NCBI GenBank assembly: GCA_965223795.1
Contig: CBDCXL010000002.1
Span: 3,186,953-3,250,952, forward strand
DNA from: Nitrospinales bacterium
GTDB lineage: Bacteria > Nitrospinota > Nitrospinia > Nitrospinales > VA-1
Length of the DNA: 64,000 bases
Direction: 5' to 3'
The notes under the pieces were generated by a model that worked only from the letters and a program-made list of their open reading frames with translations, was not told the origin of the DNA and searched no databases. Below are positions 52,606-61,807 of this stretch, one piece after another. Each line of letters starts with the position of its first letter. The first letter of the stretch is position 1. Both the position numbers and the translations under genes were made by a program.

Positions 52606-54234
52606 TCAGGGCGGCGCCGGGGAGTCCGGACGCAAAGGCGGGTCCGCCCCGTCGTAGGCGGCAATGAAATTGAACAGGCCGTAGGATGTATACGGATTGA
52701 AATCGTCACAGCGGGCGGGGATGAAATCCTGGTACTCGCACAGTTCAATGCGGTTTTTCCGGTGCCGCCGCTGCTCGCCGTCGGGATCCGACAGCACCTT
52801 CCACAGGCTGTCGCAGATGGACCCCAGATCCGGGTTGTGATGTTTCCAGCGGCAATAGCCCCCGCGGATCACTTCGTACGTCAATCCGTGCGGACCGTAG
52901 GCGAATCCCTTGTTGCCCGCGTAGCCGACGCGGTACCAGCCGTTGGAGCCGTCCCAGTAATTGTTGAACAGGGGCAACTCCAGAGTGCCGGAGAAAATCC
53001 GGTACGCCAGCTGATTGGCCATCTTCCGCATGTCCTGCCGGTCCGGAAATGCGGAACCGGTGATGGACTTGTTGTTCATCAATGTGTTGAGCACGTAGAC
53101 GATGCGCGACATGTGGGCGAGGTCCCAGGAAACGCCGTCCACCGGCGCGGCGTGTTTTTTCCGGGGGAATTTTTTCCCCGTGTAGCCCGCATAGAGGTGA
53201 TCCTCGTGGTCCTTCCAGACGCCCGCATCGAAGTTGTAGCCCTGAACCGGGCGGCCGTTGAAATCGGTCAGTTCGGTTTCTGTGAAGCGCGAGCGGATGA
53301 GCCGCATCGCAAGCTGCAGGTAGGACTCGAATTCGGCTTTGAGCGCGGGGTCGATGCGGACCCGCTCCGGCGCGAGGGCGTGCGCGGCCAGCATCTCGAC
53401 GAGGCCGGTGACCACCCACATGTCGTCGTCGCCCAACTGGTTGCAGTAGGACGGGCTGGAATCGAATGCGCGCGCGAGTTTTTTCTCGAGGAACGCTCTG
53501 TGCGTGTACAGGCCGTTGCCGCAGCCCCATCCCCGCACCTGGAACTGCGGCGTGTCGTCGACGATCCAGCGCTTGTAGGTGTGCGTGAGGACCACCTCGG
53601 CATACTGGTCGATCACCGCTTCCATGTTTCGGGTCCGCCATTGCGGCTCCAGGGTGAGGAACTGGTGGATCGACCGGGAGATCAGATAAAGAAACTGCGA
53701 ATTTTCGAGAAAGTCCTCCACGGCAATGACGGCTTGCGGATTGGACACCTCCCGGCTTTTCACCCACATGAGCCGGGGTTCGGGAAACGGGAATTCCTTA
53801 TAGCCGTCGAGGCGGTAGAACAGGTTGGGCTTGAACGCCCAGTAGGTGTTGCGGATCTGCAGGTGGTTCAGGGGAATGAGCAGCATCCGCGCGAGCCGGT
53901 CCAGGTGGTCCCGGCTTTTCACCTGAACCATGTAGTCGAGAAACAGTGTGAGGTTCTGCTGCAGATTGTAGAGGGCCGAGGTGTCGCTGCGGTAGCTTGC
54001 GGCATCCCGCAGCTCGGAAACGATGTCCTCTTCGATGTGGTCGAAGAGCGTATCGAGTCGTTTGAAGCGCTCTGCCTGCTGCGGGTCCATGCTCCGAATC
54101 TCCGGGGAGGGCGGGTTGTCCGTATCGCTGCGTTTGCCCCAGACCGGATAGGCGCAGCCCCACAACAGAAGGGTGGAAAGCAGAACCAGACGCTTGAACC
54201 CGGTGAATCGACTCAATGACCCCTCCCTGAACAC
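52606..54234 (-). CDS. Hypothetical protein, possible lipoprotein
   Basis: Long ORF with host codon bias, LLWGC lipobox-like motif, aromatic-rich; start uncertain. Confidence 0.7.
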   Translation of the reverse strand: MFREGSLSRFTGFKRLVLLSTLLLWGCAYPVWGKRSDTDNPPSPEIRSMDPQQAERFKRLDTLFDHIEEDIVSELRDAASYRSDTSALYNLQQNLTLFLDYMVQVKSRDHLDRLARMLLIPLNHLQIRNTYWAFKPNLFYRLDGYKEFPFPEPRLMWVKSREVSNPQAVIAVEDFLENSQFLYLISRSIHQFLTLEPQWRTRNMEAVIDQYAEVVLTHTYKRWIVDDTPQFQVRGWGCGNGLYTHRAFLEKKLARAFDSSPSYCNQLGDDDMWVVTGLVEMLAAHALAPERVRIDPALKAEFESYLQLAMRLIRSRFTETELTDFNGRPVQGYNFDAGVWKDHEDHLYAGYTGKKFPRKKHAAPVDGVSWDLAHMSRIVYVLNTLMNNKSITGSAFPDRQDMRKMANQLAYRIFSGTLELPLFNNYWDGSNGWYRVGYAGNKGFAYGPHGLTYEVIRGGYCRWKHHNPDLGSICDSLWKVLSDPDGEQRRHRKNRIELCEYQDFIPARCDDFNPYTSYGLFNFIAAYDGADPPLRPDSPAPP

Positions 54235-54642
54235 TCAGAGAGAGGAGCCGTTGTGGGTGAACATTCCCTGCGGGCACTGTTTCCTGCGCGAAACGCGGTC
54301 CGGAGAGGGCCGGCCGGCGAATTTTGCGGCGGCGGCGTGATTTTCCACAGGCGTTCGCGTCGCTCCGAACCTGTGGAAAACGCGCTAAATTCTTTTGCAA
54401 TAGGACCCCGCGATGCGCCAGAGATGCGGAATGCGGCGTTTCGCTGCATCCCGGAATCACGAATAAAGAGCGAAATGGAGGGTGGGGAAAGCCGCTTTCC
54501 GGCTGCAGGACATACAAAAAAAAATTTAAAATCGGTCATTTAACTCTAAATTTTGGTTCTCAAAGTGCCGAAGATAAGTTGATGATGATAGTAAGCTATT
54601 AGTATGTCTGTATCCGTCAACGGCATTTCAATGGAGAAAAGG

Positions 54643-54822
54643 ATGTCCACACATCAGGAAATTGTGACTGCGTTTGAAACGTATAAAGAAGAGAGCGAGA
54701 ATTTTGAGAACAACAACGTGAAAGCAGCGGCGGCTCGCGCCCGCAAAGCGCTTGCGGAACTCGGCAAGCTCGCGAAAACACGCAGGGCCGAAATCCAGGA
54801 GAAAAAGAACAACCTGGGTTGA
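54643..54822 (+). CDS. Small basic protein, histone H1-like Hc1 family
   Basis: KAAAARARKALAELGKLAKTRRAEIQE; GGAG RBS before ATG 54643. Confidence 0.75.
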   Translation: MSTHQEIVTAFETYKEESENFENNNVKAAAARARKALAELGKLAKTRRAEIQEKKNNLG

Positions 54823-54976
54823 GTCCACAGCCCTGGCGGCGCTCTGTACGGTGCTGCCTGCGGCAGGAGGCGGAGTTGGATGGGGGATTGCAGTGCGGCA
54901 ATCCAACTCCATTCCCGGCCGTTTCCCTCACTTCCCGCCCTCTCGGAGCCGGTGACGGCTCCAGAGGTGGTGCGGG

Positions 54977-55513
54977 TCAGTTTCTCATGCCGTTGAACTG
55001 CGCGATCGGTTTCGCGGCGGATTTTTCTGCATTCACATCCTTTTTCACCGCATGGCCCGTGTCATTGCTGTCTTTTTTCCGCCCATAGATCCGGTGCAGG
55101 TTCTTCACTTCGCTCAGCAGCCCGTCCACAAATCCGGGCAGACGTTTGGCTGTGTCCATTTTCACGCCGCTTGGCGTAGAAACCAGGGGCTTCAGCACGA
55201 TCGTTTCGTAGCTGTCGTTGTTCAGCGCTTCCAGAGCGTCCTTGTGGTTTTTCAAGCGGTACCTTCCGTACATCAGGCGGTATTTTTTGGTCTGATCGTC
55301 GTAAGCCCATTCGATGGTCTCGCAACGGTTGGAATTTTTATTGAAATCGAACCGGTAAGGCAGGCAGATGCCCTTGTCCTGAAGGTAGTTCTCCAGAACT
55401 TTTGATTCCTGGGTGATCTGATCCAGCAGGTTCAGGAAGGAATCGAAAGCCGGCATGGACCGTTCGATCGAAGCCTGCAGTGCGGGGTTGGAGAACGAAT
55501 AATTCGAATTCAT
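54977..55513 (-). CDS. Hypothetical protein
   Basis: GAGGTG RBS before ATG, plausible globular composition. Confidence 0.7.
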   Translation of the reverse strand: MNSNYSFSNPALQASIERSMPAFDSFLNLLDQITQESKVLENYLQDKGICLPYRFDFNKNSNRCETIEWAYDDQTKKYRLMYGRYRLKNHKDALEALNNDSYETIVLKPLVSTPSGVKMDTAKRLPGFVDGLLSEVKNLHRIYGRKKDSNDTGHAVKKDVNAEKSAAKPIAQFNGMRN

Positions 55514-56058
55514 GGGTCACCTCATGCGATGAACGTTATTAATTGCCTGGCTTCGCCGCTCTTTCCGGCGCGAAGCGCAAACGGAAAACGGGGTGTCGAG
55601 CCGGCCGGAGCACACTGCGGACCCGTCTATCCGGAGCGCCTGTATCCGGCCCTCGCTGCGTCCGTACTGAAGTGAAAGACGGATGATTTATTACGTATAA
55701 ATGTGTGGAATTTGGCATAATTATACAAAAGTCATCGCAAAAGGCAACAAGCTAACAAAGAATTTTTTGAGTTCGGATGGGCGATATTTCACAATGCAGG
55801 CATTGACAACCGGGGCCGGCGCGGATCGAACGGGGTTTTCTTTTTAACGCGTGGCAACGGATGAGGCTGGCTGACACGCATTGCGCGTTCATGCGTTCGT
55901 CCGGCTGCATGCACGGCGCGATGACGAGCCACACTCCGGCCGTTGCGCCGCAACCGCATTGCCATCATAATGGATGCGGCGATGAAAACAGGAAATCACC
56001 GGCGCTGCCTGAATGGCAACGCGCCGGACGCACTCGATAGGGAAAGGAATCGAAAAGA

Positions 56059-56676
56059 ATGAAGCTGTGGAAAAAATACGTTCTCGTTATTCTGGCGCTG
56101 CTTTTCATCACAGCCTGCGGGGCGCTCAAGCGCGCGGCGTACGATGGGTTCGGCGACCGGGATGAATGGCAGCAGCCGCAGAAAGTCATCGAAGCGCTGA
56201 ACATCCAGCCCGGAGACATCATCGCCGATCTGGGCGCAGGCGGCGGCTATTTCACGTTCCGGTTTTCCACGGCGACGGGAGCCACGGGAAAGGTGTATGC
56301 GGTGGATGTGGATTCATCGATGACCGAGTACATCGACATCCGCGCTGAGGAACTGAACCGCGGCAACGTGGAGACCATTCTGTCCGAGCCGCAGGACCCC
56401 AAGCTGCCGCCGGAGGGCGTGGACCTGGTTTTCATCTGCAACACCTTCCATCATCTGGAAAACCGCGTCGATTTCTTTAAAAAGCTGAAAGAGTCCGTGC
56501 GCCTCAAAGGAAGGGTCGCCATCATCGATTTCAAAACCGGAGAAGGTTTTTTAGGACACGAGACCCCGGCCGAGACCATCGAGGCGGAACTGGTCGCAGC
56601 GGGATATCGTCTGGAAGAGAGTTACGATTTTCTGGAAAAGCAGAACTTCCTGGTTTTCTCGCCGATGGGCCGCTGA
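56059..56676 (+). CDS. Class I SAM-dependent methyltransferase with lipoprotein-type signal
   Basis: ITAC lipobox; RDEWQQP, IADLGAGGGYF, VYAVD, GRVAIIDF. Confidence 0.88.
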   Translation: MKLWKKYVLVILALLFITACGALKRAAYDGFGDRDEWQQPQKVIEALNIQPGDIIADLGAGGGYFTFRFSTATGATGKVYAVDVDSSMTEYIDIRAEELNRGNVETILSEPQDPKLPPEGVDLVFICNTFHHLENRVDFFKKLKESVRLKGRVAIIDFKTGEGFLGHETPAETIEAELVAAGYRLEESYDFLEKQNFLVFSPMGR

Positions 56677-56687
56677 GGTATTGTTTA

Positions 56688-57167
56688 CTACCTGAAAAAT
56701 GACTCGTGGCTCAGCGCCATCTTGAGCGGCGGTTTTTGAGTCTTCACCGCCTGCCGCAGTACGTACAACGAAGCGCTCACCATCACCAGATCCTCCACGA
56801 GCGTCCAGGGCGTGAGCGGACGCGCCCAAAACACCCCGAAGCAGCCGCAGTTGGGCACCTCCACACCGCGCAGCAGCGTGACCGCCGCCCACAGCGTGAA
56901 CGCAGAGTGCAGAACGAGCGAGGCGAACGCGCCCAGCACAACGGTGCGCCCGCGAAACAGCCATTCGGCTGTCTTCAATTCCACCAGCACCAGAGACACC
57001 GCCACCCACACCAGCGACCAGCCGGGGAGAGCCTGATAGGTTTTGAGGATCTCCACGAAACCGGGAACGTCCAGCAGTTTGCCCAGGCCCGTGAGGAGCA
57101 GGATGCAGGCGATGGCATAGCGCAGGGCCGGGAACAGAATTTTATTGGGCGTTGACAGTCCAGTCAT
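56688..57167 (-). CDS. MauE/DoxX family membrane protein
   Basis: GLGKL, TM helices, NCGCFG; overlaps the 3' end of the DUF547 gene. Confidence 0.85.
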   Translation of the reverse strand: MTGLSTPNKILFPALRYAIACILLLTGLGKLLDVPGFVEILKTYQALPGWSLVWVAVSLVLVELKTAEWLFRGRTVVLGAFASLVLHSAFTLWAAVTLLRGVEVPNCGCFGVFWARPLTPWTLVEDLVMVSASLYVLRQAVKTQKPPLKMALSHESFFR

Positions 57168-57945
57168 AATCGATGAATTCCACTTTGAAATTTTCGGCAA
57201 TGGGCTCTTTGCGGTAGCGGTTGATGTAAGCGATCAGGGACGGAGACCGGTCCGCGCCGACGAAGTCTTCTTTGTAGAATCGAAAGATCTCGGAAAGCCG
57301 TACTTTCTTGTCGGCTTGCAGGACGTCGACGTGGCGGGGGTCGTTGACGAACTCCACCGTCAGCACGTCCAGAATCTCGTTGACCGATCTCGCCCGAAAG
57401 GGTGTGCGCGGCAGACGCGGGCAGGCCCGCACCATGCAGTTGAGCGCGAAATGCACGCGCGGGTCTCCCAGCGGGCGGATGACATCGTTTTCATAATCGT
57501 AGAGCGACTGGAGTTTGCCGCCGATCCGGTACTCGGTGAGCTTGAAGAAACCGGCGCGGTCGGAAAAACGGTGGAAATCTTTGGGAAAGCCGCGGACGAT
57601 GACGCCGTACATGGCGAGCGCATTGTAGGAGTTCAGGTAGTATTCCAGTTGCGTCTCGCGGTCGGGAAACCGCTCTGGCGAGCGCCGCGGGCTGGTCTGC
57701 GCCACGTAGGCGATATACCGGTAGAGCGGGTTCGGGTGGTCGGCAATGCCCCTGAAATCGATCCGGCCCTGTTCGTCCACATGCGCGTTGAGGACCTGCG
57801 CCCACGATTCCTGAGCGTCTTTACGGGACACGGTTTCGCCGGGACGGCCGGACATGATCGGCGGTTCGACGATGGTGGTGCAGCCGGTAAAAATAAACGC
57901 CAGGCAGGCGCAAACAAAAATTTTAAAACGTGTCGCGGGTTGCAT
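57142..57945 (-). CDS. DUF547 domain lipoprotein
   Basis: FTGC lipobox; YLNSYNA, DPRVHFALNCMVRACP, LSEIF, YDWTVN; start at ATG 57945. Confidence 0.88.
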   Translation of the reverse strand: MQPATRFKIFVCACLAFIFTGCTTIVEPPIMSGRPGETVSRKDAQESWAQVLNAHVDEQGRIDFRGIADHPNPLYRYIAYVAQTSPRRSPERFPDRETQLEYYLNSYNALAMYGVIVRGFPKDFHRFSDRAGFFKLTEYRIGGKLQSLYDYENDVIRPLGDPRVHFALNCMVRACPRLPRTPFRARSVNEILDVLTVEFVNDPRHVDVLQADKKVRLSEIFRFYKEDFVGADRSPSLIAYINRYRKEPIAENFKVEFIDYDWTVNAQ

Positions 57946-57959
57946 GGATCTTGCGCTCC

Positions 57960-59300
57960 TCAGGTATTGATCTCCCCGCCGGCCGCGGTCAGGGCCGTCG
58001 TGTTCCTGGTTGATTCCCCGCCTTTCAGCGGATGAAACAGGACCGTTCCGTTTTCTCCGGGCACTTCGATGGGCCGCAGGATGTACTCGTCGCGCCTGGC
58101 GTTGTGGGCGCACATGGAGACGGGGCCATCGGGCGTCATGACCATGAAGGAACAGGCGCCGATCCGCTCCGGGTCGAGATGTTCCGCGTCCATGAAGTTC
58201 TGCACGAAAAAGGAAAGCATGTGGCACCGGCCCCGCGCCTGGATCAGGTCTTTGCGCAGGTTCCACAGTCGCGGCAGGAAATGTTTCAGTCCGCGAACGA
58301 TCCATTGCGGTTTGGCGCACGCGGCCTTGAAGTATTGCCAGGCGATGACGCCGGAGGACTGCCGCCTGTCGTGGGTCACGTCGCTGAAGTCGTGCAGAAA
58401 ATCGCCCACCAGATCCGGATCGTCGATCGGCGTGACGGCTTTTTTATGGATCGCCAGTGCGGGGGCGTAGCTGTGGCACTTGGGATGCCCGACGAGCACG
58501 GCGTCCCAGGCCAGGGGATTGCCCGAACCCTCGTTGATTTTCTGTTTCACCGTGTCGAGGGAAATGACCTGCGCGCGTTTTTTAAGAACGCCTCTGCCGG
58601 TGTCCGCCTGCAGTTGAAAGGAGGCAAAGCCGACCACATCCGCATGCTCGATGAAAAACCGCACCAGGCCTGGAATGGATTCAAAGTTGTCCCGATGCAC
58701 CGTGGTGTTGAAAATGACCATGAGCGGCAGGCCGCGCGCCCGCTCGATGTATTCCCGGCGGACCGCGTTGAGTTCCTCTTCATTGCGATAGCCTTTGCGA
58801 CCCTGGGTCCGGTCCACATGAAAGGCGACGTCGCTCAGGCCGTTGTCCGCCAGTTCCTGCAACAGGTCGCGGGAGCAGCGAATGCCGTTGGTGAACAGGG
58901 CAGGGTGCAGGCCCAGTGTGCGGGCATGGCGCACAATGCGCACCAGTTCGCTGCGTTTGCGCATCGTGGGATCGCCGCCGCTGATCTGCACGTTGGCGCC
59001 CACGCCGAAGTGATCGCGGACTTCCTCAAGCCTCCGGAACACTTCGCTGAGGGGCAGGTCGATCACGTCATTGGAACTGGGAGACAGGTAGCATAAGGAA
59101 CAATCGAGATTGCAGCGCTGGCTGATCTCCAGAGACACGCAGCCGATGCTGGCCTTTCGCCCCAAAAACTGGTTTTTTCTGAAAAAACGGCCCATCCTCT
59201 CTTTGGCGCGGGCCAGCGCCGTGTCGATCGTCCGCCGCTCCTGCGCGTCCAGTGCGGACGCCCGCCCGGCCGCGTTCGAATCAAACGTATTTCGTGTCAT
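57960..59300 (-). CDS. Radical SAM protein (MJ0619/Tes-related C-terminus)
   Basis: CNLDCSLC, SGGDPT, TNG, HPKC, NFMD...R..ACSF...PDG..SMCAHN. Confidence 0.88.
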   Translation of the reverse strand: MTRNTFDSNAAGRASALDAQERRTIDTALARAKERMGRFFRKNQFLGRKASIGCVSLEISQRCNLDCSLCYLSPSSNDVIDLPLSEVFRRLEEVRDHFGVGANVQISGGDPTMRKRSELVRIVRHARTLGLHPALFTNGIRCSRDLLQELADNGLSDVAFHVDRTQGRKGYRNEEELNAVRREYIERARGLPLMVIFNTTVHRDNFESIPGLVRFFIEHADVVGFASFQLQADTGRGVLKKRAQVISLDTVKQKINEGSGNPLAWDAVLVGHPKCHSYAPALAIHKKAVTPIDDPDLVGDFLHDFSDVTHDRRQSSGVIAWQYFKAACAKPQWIVRGLKHFLPRLWNLRKDLIQARGRCHMLSFFVQNFMDAEHLDPERIGACSFMVMTPDGPVSMCAHNARRDEYILRPIEVPGENGTVLFHPLKGGESTRNTTALTAAGGEINT

Positions 59301-59592
59301 GTTCACAATTTGCCTCAACAGGCTCTAATAATGGACGCTGCTTCCGCTGAATATTATAGCTGTAAAAACAGAGATGTGTCGTGAGGAAGGCGTGAATCCT
59401 TACAGCGAAAAATATAAGAATTCATTCCAGAGGCGGCATTTGGGATTGCTGCGGGCGAACGTTCGGGTTGCCGGTATCGGTGCACCGGCAAGACCATGGC
59501 GCGGGCGCTTGCACGGCTGCGCGGGGGCCGGAATGCGGAAGAGCCGCGGGAGCGTTCGTTCAATCTATAATCGGCGAAACACTCCGGATCTA

Positions 59593-60066
59593 CTATTTGT
59601 TCAGGTTCACTCGTTGCGGGTGCGGCAGCGAGAACTGCCGGATGTACGCGACGATCTGCCAGATCTGGTGATCGGAAAGCGTTTCGTAGCCCACCATATC
59701 GGTGCCCGGCGAACCGTGTCTGATCACCCAGAACAACTGTCCGTCGGGAATGTTGTTCATCATTTCCCGGCAGGTGAAGTCCCGCGGTTTGATCAACGCG
59801 GTTTTTCCCGTGATGCCGCTGCCATCGCCGAGGAGTCCGTGACAATGCACGCAGCCGAACGGCTTGGCGCCGCCGCGGTAGAGAGTGCGGCCGGCCAGGA
59901 TATTTTCACGGGTGGATTCCAGCGGATTGGATTGGGTGAAGATTTCTAAAGGAGCGGGGGCTGTCATTCTGTCCTGAACGCAGTCATCGGCCCAGGCGGG
60001 AGGAAGCAACAAAAAGAAAATCGCAATCAACGCCGAAATCAAAAACACTCCGCTCAATCGATCCAT
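59593..60066 (-). CDS. Monoheme cytochrome c
   Basis: Signal peptide, CVHCH, PRDFT, GSPGTDM. Confidence 0.88.
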   Translation of the reverse strand: MDRLSGVFLISALIAIFFLLLPPAWADDCVQDRMTAPAPLEIFTQSNPLESTRENILAGRTLYRGGAKPFGCVHCHGLLGDGSGITGKTALIKPRDFTCREMMNNIPDGQLFWVIRHGSPGTDMVGYETLSDHQIWQIVAYIRQFSLPHPQRVNLNK

Positions 60067-60181
60067 CGATTTCCTTGCCGGTAAAGACCACTGAGTCAAC
60101 GTATCGCACTTACCCGGTATTTTTCAATCGAAACTCCCGGCTTATTAAGATAAGTTCAGCGAGACTTTATTCCTCGAACGA

Positions 60182-60763
60182 TCAACCCGTGAGCGCAAAA
60201 CGCAGCATCGGTTCCGGACTGGCAACCGTTTCCGCTTCGGAAGCGGGCGTCAGAACGAGGACCTGCGCGGGACCCTTCCATTCCTGGTTGTCATCGCAGA
60301 GTCCGTCCTGCTCCAGGGCATTCCAATCGGTGCGGTACAGCGAGATCACATAATCGCCGGCGGAGACGCTCACGATCGCTCCCGGATCCTCATCCGGATC
60401 GTAATCGGGGGAGATGCGCAGGTTGTTGTAACCTTCGATGCACAGTTTCCCGGAAGGCAGGCTGATGGGGGCGCGCTGAACGGCGTGCCAGCGGCCGGCC
60501 TTCAATTCCTCGTCCGTGAGAGGGGCGCCGGTCGCCACTTCGATCGCAAGCTCATCGTCCTGTTCCAGCTCATAGGCTACCAGCAGGCCTTTCTTTGCGA
60601 GCACGGCAAGCCTGGGATCGTTCGCGTCCCTGTCGCTGAATCCCCCAAGGAGGTGCGGGTCGAAATGCTGGATTTTCTTTCCGTTCGCTTTGTCATAGAG
60701 AAACACCACCAGCCCTTCGTTGTGGAGCTGAACGGGTTTGGAATTGGCGCGGATTTGTATCAT
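60182..60763 (-). CDS. Hypothetical protein
   Basis: AGGAG RBS; co-oriented between two cytochrome c genes. Confidence 0.7.
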   Translation of the reverse strand: MIQIRANSKPVQLHNEGLVVFLYDKANGKKIQHFDPHLLGGFSDRDANDPRLAVLAKKGLLVAYELEQDDELAIEVATGAPLTDEELKAGRWHAVQRAPISLPSGKLCIEGYNNLRISPDYDPDEDPGAIVSVSAGDYVISLYRTDWNALEQDGLCDDNQEWKGPAQVLVLTPASEAETVASPEPMLRFALTG

Positions 60764-60791
60764 GCCGGCTCCTGTTTCCGGAATTCGCGAA

Positions 60792-61502
60792 TCACCGGAG
60801 GCATTTGTGCACCCTTACGGAAATGAGGCTGAGGTATTTTTCAGTGGCGTCGCTATCCACCGGTTTCGTTTTATTGGCCGCCAGGCGAACCAGGGTGCGG
60901 GTCACTTTCTTGGATTTGAGCTTTTTCGTGACCTTGATGGGGTTGGGGACGATGTAAAGCAGGGAACCGTCGCGTTTGACGTCAATCAATTCCGGATTTT
61001 CCACAATGACGCGGAAGTCATGCGTGTCCACCTTCGTGTCCACCACCTGGGTGTCAAACAGGCAGGCGTTGACGGTGAGATAGGATTCCGCAAGGAACGA
61101 GCGCAGGTAAGCGGTCAGGTCCTGGATCTGATTTTCCGTGAGATCGAAACTGGGCATGGCGGTGCCGGCAATTCCATTTTTCACCGCCGCACGGATCGAC
61201 TGATCGGGAATGCGGCTCATCACTTTGTAGTTGGTGAAATCGCGCGGTTTGGGATCCAGTCCTTGCGCGAGAAATCCGTTGCCGTCGCCCTGAATGCCGT
61301 GGCACATCACGCAGCCCATTTCCTGATAGATCAGCTCGCCGTTGGACGTGGGCTGCGGTTCCGGCAATGTGCTGAATTGTTTGTAGCTCGTGAAAGCGCT
61401 GACCTGGGTGGCGGTGAGCAAAACCGCCGCCACAGCGAGCGATTTCGCTGCCGCCGCGTTTGCAAGGCGTGCGATGGAAATTGAGAGTTTTTTCGCTTTC
61501 AT
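60792..61502 (-). CDS. Cytochrome c with C-terminal extension
   Basis: Signal peptide, CVMCH, PKPRDFT, GTAMPSF; start at ATG 61502. Confidence 0.88.
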   Translation of the reverse strand: MKAKKLSISIARLANAAAAKSLAVAAVLLTATQVSAFTSYKQFSTLPEPQPTSNGELIYQEMGCVMCHGIQGDGNGFLAQGLDPKPRDFTNYKVMSRIPDQSIRAAVKNGIAGTAMPSFDLTENQIQDLTAYLRSFLAESYLTVNACLFDTQVVDTKVDTHDFRVIVENPELIDVKRDGSLLYIVPNPIKVTKKLKSKKVTRTLVRLAANKTKPVDSDATEKYLSLISVRVHKCLR

Positions 61503-61599
61503 GATGTGGTGTCCCTTCCCGTTTGAATTTTCAGATATACCGCTGCGGCGCAAGTCGCCCCGGCCCTGACTGCTGGATTTGGATGGTGCCCGTTTTAGA

Positions 61600-61615
61600 T
61601 GCACACCTTGTGCCA
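61600..61615 (-). promoter_or_regulatory. Putative sigma-54 promoter
   Basis: Minus strand TGGCACA-AGGT-GTGCA (GG-N10-GC), ~100 nt upstream of the cytochrome c start. Confidence 0.6.
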
Positions 61616-61807
61616 AGCGTGAGCAGGCAGAGGGGGGGAGTAAGACGCGGTTTATCAGGGATATTAAAAGGGAAAGAGGCGTAAATGATTGAATTTATGT
61701 TGATTTATTGTTAGTGCGATACACACGGTGTATCTTTTTCTGCACTGTGGGAGGCACCGGGATGGTTGAAAACTTCAGGGAATAGCGGGGGAGGGCGGTG
61801 ATTCCCT

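Noticed and set aside
57960..59300. Calling the radical SAM enzyme a true tetraether synthase or MoaA
   Set aside because: Lacks the N-terminal Cys-rich domain of Tes and the MoaA C-terminal CxxC...GG signature; only relatedness is claimed.
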